In this document: positions 26,469 to 28,726 of the stretch, in pieces | How the letters are laid out: the number at the start of each line of letters is the position of its first letter | Position numbering within the stretch: the first letter of the stretch is position 1 | Assembly (NCBI GenBank): GCA_050298595.1 | Contig: JBNKUM010000038.1 | Span: forward strand, 1-28,726 | Origin: Gammaproteobacteria bacterium | Lineage (GTDB): Bacteria; Pseudomonadota; Gammaproteobacteria; GCA-001735895 | Length of the DNA: 28,726 bases | Direction of reading: 5' to 3' | Translations under genes and position numbers: made by a program | The notes under the pieces: model-generated | What the model was told of the DNA's origin: nothing | Database searches by the model: none | What the model saw: the letters and a program-made list of their open reading frames with translations, nothing else

Positions 26469-27323
26469 ATGAATCGTATTGTTTACGTAAATGGCGAATA
26501 CCTGCCTGAAGATGAGGCCAAAATCTCGGTTTTCGACCGGGGCTTTCTATTTGCCGACGGAGTATACGAAGTAACTTCGGTGCTCAAGGGGCAGCTAATC
26601 GATAATGCAGGGCATCTGGCGCGTCTACATCGCTCGCTGAAAGAACTGGATATGGCAGCACCTGCCAGCGATGGTGATATTGAACACATTCAGAAAAAGC
26701 TGATAGAAAAAAATCATATCGAGCAGGGACTGGTTTACCTGCAGGTGACACGTGGGGCTGCAGATCGTGATTTTGCCTACCCAAAAGGTGTTCCTTCATC
26801 TTTGGTAATGTTTACCCAGTCAAAAAATGTTATTGAAAATCCGCTGGCCGATACTGGCATGTCGGTGATTTCGGTAGCCGATATACGCTGGCAGCGTCGT
26901 GATATCAAAACCGTAGGATTGCTTGCTCCCTGTATGGCAAAGATGGAAGCCAAACATGCAGGAGCCGACGATGCCTGGCTGGTGGAGGATGGTTATGTCA
27001 CTGAGGGCAGTTCTAACAATGCCTACATTATTGATGCCAATGGCACATTAGTGACACGACATCTGGGGCATGAGATTTTAGCCGGCATAACCCGTAAGGC
27101 GGTTTTGAGACTGGCTGAGGAAGAGAATATTTGTATTGAAGAGCGCTTATTTAGTATGGATGAGGCTTATGCGGCACGAGAGGCGTTTATTACCTCAGCG
27201 ACTACGTTTGTGATGCCGGTGACGAGTATTGATGGGAGGGTTATTGGGGATGGAAAGCCTGGGAAGCTGACACTTCGATTGAGGGAGATTTATATTCGGA
27301 CTATGTTGGAGTCGATTGCGTAG
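26469..27323 (+). CDS. dat: D-amino-acid transaminase (PLP class IV)
   Basis: SVFDRGFLFADGVYEV, YLQVTRG..RDF, RWQRRDIKT (PLP Lys), TEGSSNN, ILAGITR. Confidence 0.92.
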   Translation: MNRIVYVNGEYLPEDEAKISVFDRGFLFADGVYEVTSVLKGQLIDNAGHLARLHRSLKELDMAAPASDGDIEHIQKKLIEKNHIEQGLVYLQVTRGAADRDFAYPKGVPSSLVMFTQSKNVIENPLADTGMSVISVADIRWQRRDIKTVGLLAPCMAKMEAKHAGADDAWLVEDGYVTEGSSNNAYIIDANGTLVTRHLGHEILAGITRKAVLRLAEEENICIEERLFSMDEAYAAREAFITSATTFVMPVTSIDGRVIGDGKPGKLTLRLREIYIRTMLESIA

Positions 27324-27513
27324 TTGGGTGATACGGTCATTGCGAACACCCAAAGGGCATAAACTTCGTGAGGCACGAGTACTACAGGGAGGTAGCGTTT
27401 ACAGAGCCCGGGGATGTAATCTCTTTTTATAAAAATAGCACCTGACCGGATAAGGGCTTGAGAAACAATAATCCAGAAAGTTGAGTTAAATAATAAGTCA
27501 GGGGAAACCTGGA

Positions 27514-28116
27514 TCAACTATCTAACATCGGCACCCACCCAGGAATAGTCTCCACCCGTTCCAACCAGGCATATACCGCCGAATAAGGCTCCAAAGAAAA
27601 TTCTGCCTCATCCGCCAACCTGACGTACGGATAACAGGCAATATCCGCTATCGTCGGATACTCCGCTGCCAGCCAGTCATGCTGACTTAATTGCCTTTCC
27701 ATCGCCTCAAGCCCCGGCTTCGCATCTGCATAGCAGGTCGCCAGATCAAATGGTCGTTTAAACAACAAAGCTGCACGCGCACGTGCGAGTCCATACAGCA
27801 ATTCATTTTCCGACACCGCCAACCATTGCATCACGCGAGCTTCACCCAGAGCATCCGCTGGCAGCCATTGAGTATCACCATAACGTCGCACCAGATAGAC
27901 CAGTATTGCCATCGAATCCCAGATCAATTCATCGCCATCGATCAAAACCGGAATCTGGCCACGTGGATTTATCTGCTTGAATTCATCGGTCAGGGTTTCC
28001 CCCTTGCTGCTATCGATAAGGATGGTTTCATATTCCAGTTTCAGTATCGACAGCATGAGTCGTATCTTGTAGCTATTGCCAGAACGCGGCAGGTTATAGA
28101 GTTTGATGATAGACAT
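27514..28116 (-). CDS. Glutathione S-transferase
   Basis: SGNSYKIRL, NPRGQIPVL, WDSMAIL, PTIADIACYPY. Confidence 0.93.
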   Translation of the reverse strand: MSIIKLYNLPRSGNSYKIRLMLSILKLEYETILIDSSKGETLTDEFKQINPRGQIPVLIDGDELIWDSMAILVYLVRRYGDTQWLPADALGEARVMQWLAVSENELLYGLARARAALLFKRPFDLATCYADAKPGLEAMERQLSQHDWLAAEYPTIADIACYPYVRLADEAEFSLEPYSAVYAWLERVETIPGWVPMLDS

Positions 28117-28131
28117 AGTTATTTTTCCCTT

Positions 28132-28533
28132 TCAGAGTTCCTTTGACTCTTTTAATCGTGACTTCTGAGTTCTCCCGTGAAATCCCCAGGCGTCGGCTCG
28201 AACATCATGCAGAACGATATAACTGGCTTCTGTAAGAGCCCCCAGTATCTCCTGCATATCAGAAAACACTGCCTTTATGTATTGCGCTTTTTGTTTCCTG
28301 GTATTGCTACCTTCTGTAATTTTGACGTCCAGAAAAAATGTAATTTCCTTTTTGTCACTCACCGGAATCCCACCAACAAACCACTGTCTTGGCCGAGTAT
28401 ATTCGATATCGATTGCTGTGACTTCGGGATTTTTACCGAGAATATCTCGGGTATGCGCCATCAGACTGGCAGCGATACTTTCTGTATGGGCTGATGATTC
28501 GGCCGCTGCGATGCGTAGGTGTAGATAAGGCAT
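28132..28533 (-). CDS. 4-oxalocrotonate tautomerase family protein
   Basis: Pro-1 (MPYL), LGKNPEVT, WFVGG, ITEGSNT..QK, AWGFHGRTQ; GGAG RBS. Confidence 0.88.
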   Translation of the reverse strand: MPYLHLRIAAAESSAHTESIAASLMAHTRDILGKNPEVTAIDIEYTRPRQWFVGGIPVSDKKEITFFLDVKITEGSNTRKQKAQYIKAVFSDMQEILGALTEASYIVLHDVRADAWGFHGRTQKSRLKESKEL

Positions 28534-28628
28534 ACGGGGTTCTCCAGTGATTGACTCAATAGATAAACAGCGTAGTCTTACTTAGGCTATTAGAGAAACG
28601 ATTTAATTGAATAACACCTATTCGAATC

Positions 28629-28726
28629 ATGAATACTAGAGACCTGAGTCCTGAATTATTACGTGCCTTTGTTGCGGTAGTTGATGGGGGCGGTTTTACC
28701 CGAGCCGCTTACCGTTTGAATAGTAC
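28629..28726 (+). CDS. LysR transcriptional regulator, N-terminus only (not in ORF track)
   Basis: MNTRDLSPELLRAFVAVVDGGGFTRAAYRLNS HTH start, divergent from the tautomerase-GST pair. Confidence 0.9.
   Translation, partial: MNTRDLSPELLRAFVAVVDGGGFTRAAYRLNS

Noticed and set aside
3095-28528. Remaining overlapping short track ORFs (e.g. 9592..10035, 11527..11943, 26029..26406, 27691..28146)
   Set aside because: Antisense or alternate-frame to well-supported genes, with no recognisable motifs.
1-28726. CRISPR array, tRNA, rRNA, prophage, intact IS or defence system
   Set aside because: No spaced repeats, structural RNA signatures, phage genes, transposases or defence domains recognised.

Overview
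Chromosomal window from a probable marine gammaproteobacterium (taxon inferred from gene content) with no rRNA, tRNA, CRISPR or intact IS. In order: a truncated repeat lipoprotein missed by the ORF track, under a c-di-GMP-I riboswitch; an sxtI/J/K-like carbamoyltransferase operon facing an SGNH hydrolase; a rhomboid protease; an orphan MshA-like pilin; a PHD-type 2OG-Fe(II) oxygenase; a GC-rich MacAB-type exporter; a long minus-strand run (GNAT, PhzF, DUF2157/DUF4401/GDYXXLXY operon, GAF-GGDEF-EAL, CPXCG, LysE, CbiM-like, DMT); DUF1989-dgcN-dgcA-dat D-glutamate genes; GST, a tautomerase and a LysR start. Three decayed genes (alpha/beta hydrolase, DUF4336, purT) are visible. Best novelty candidate: the unannotated 50-aa SxtK-like peptide ends in FIYTLF, resembling the DltX tyrosine acyl-shuttle motif. 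With the carbamoyltransferase, SxtJ and SGNH genes, this suggests a Dlt-like, MBOAT-free relay for carbamoylating an envelope polymer (hypothesis). Family calls come from recognised motifs, not database searches.
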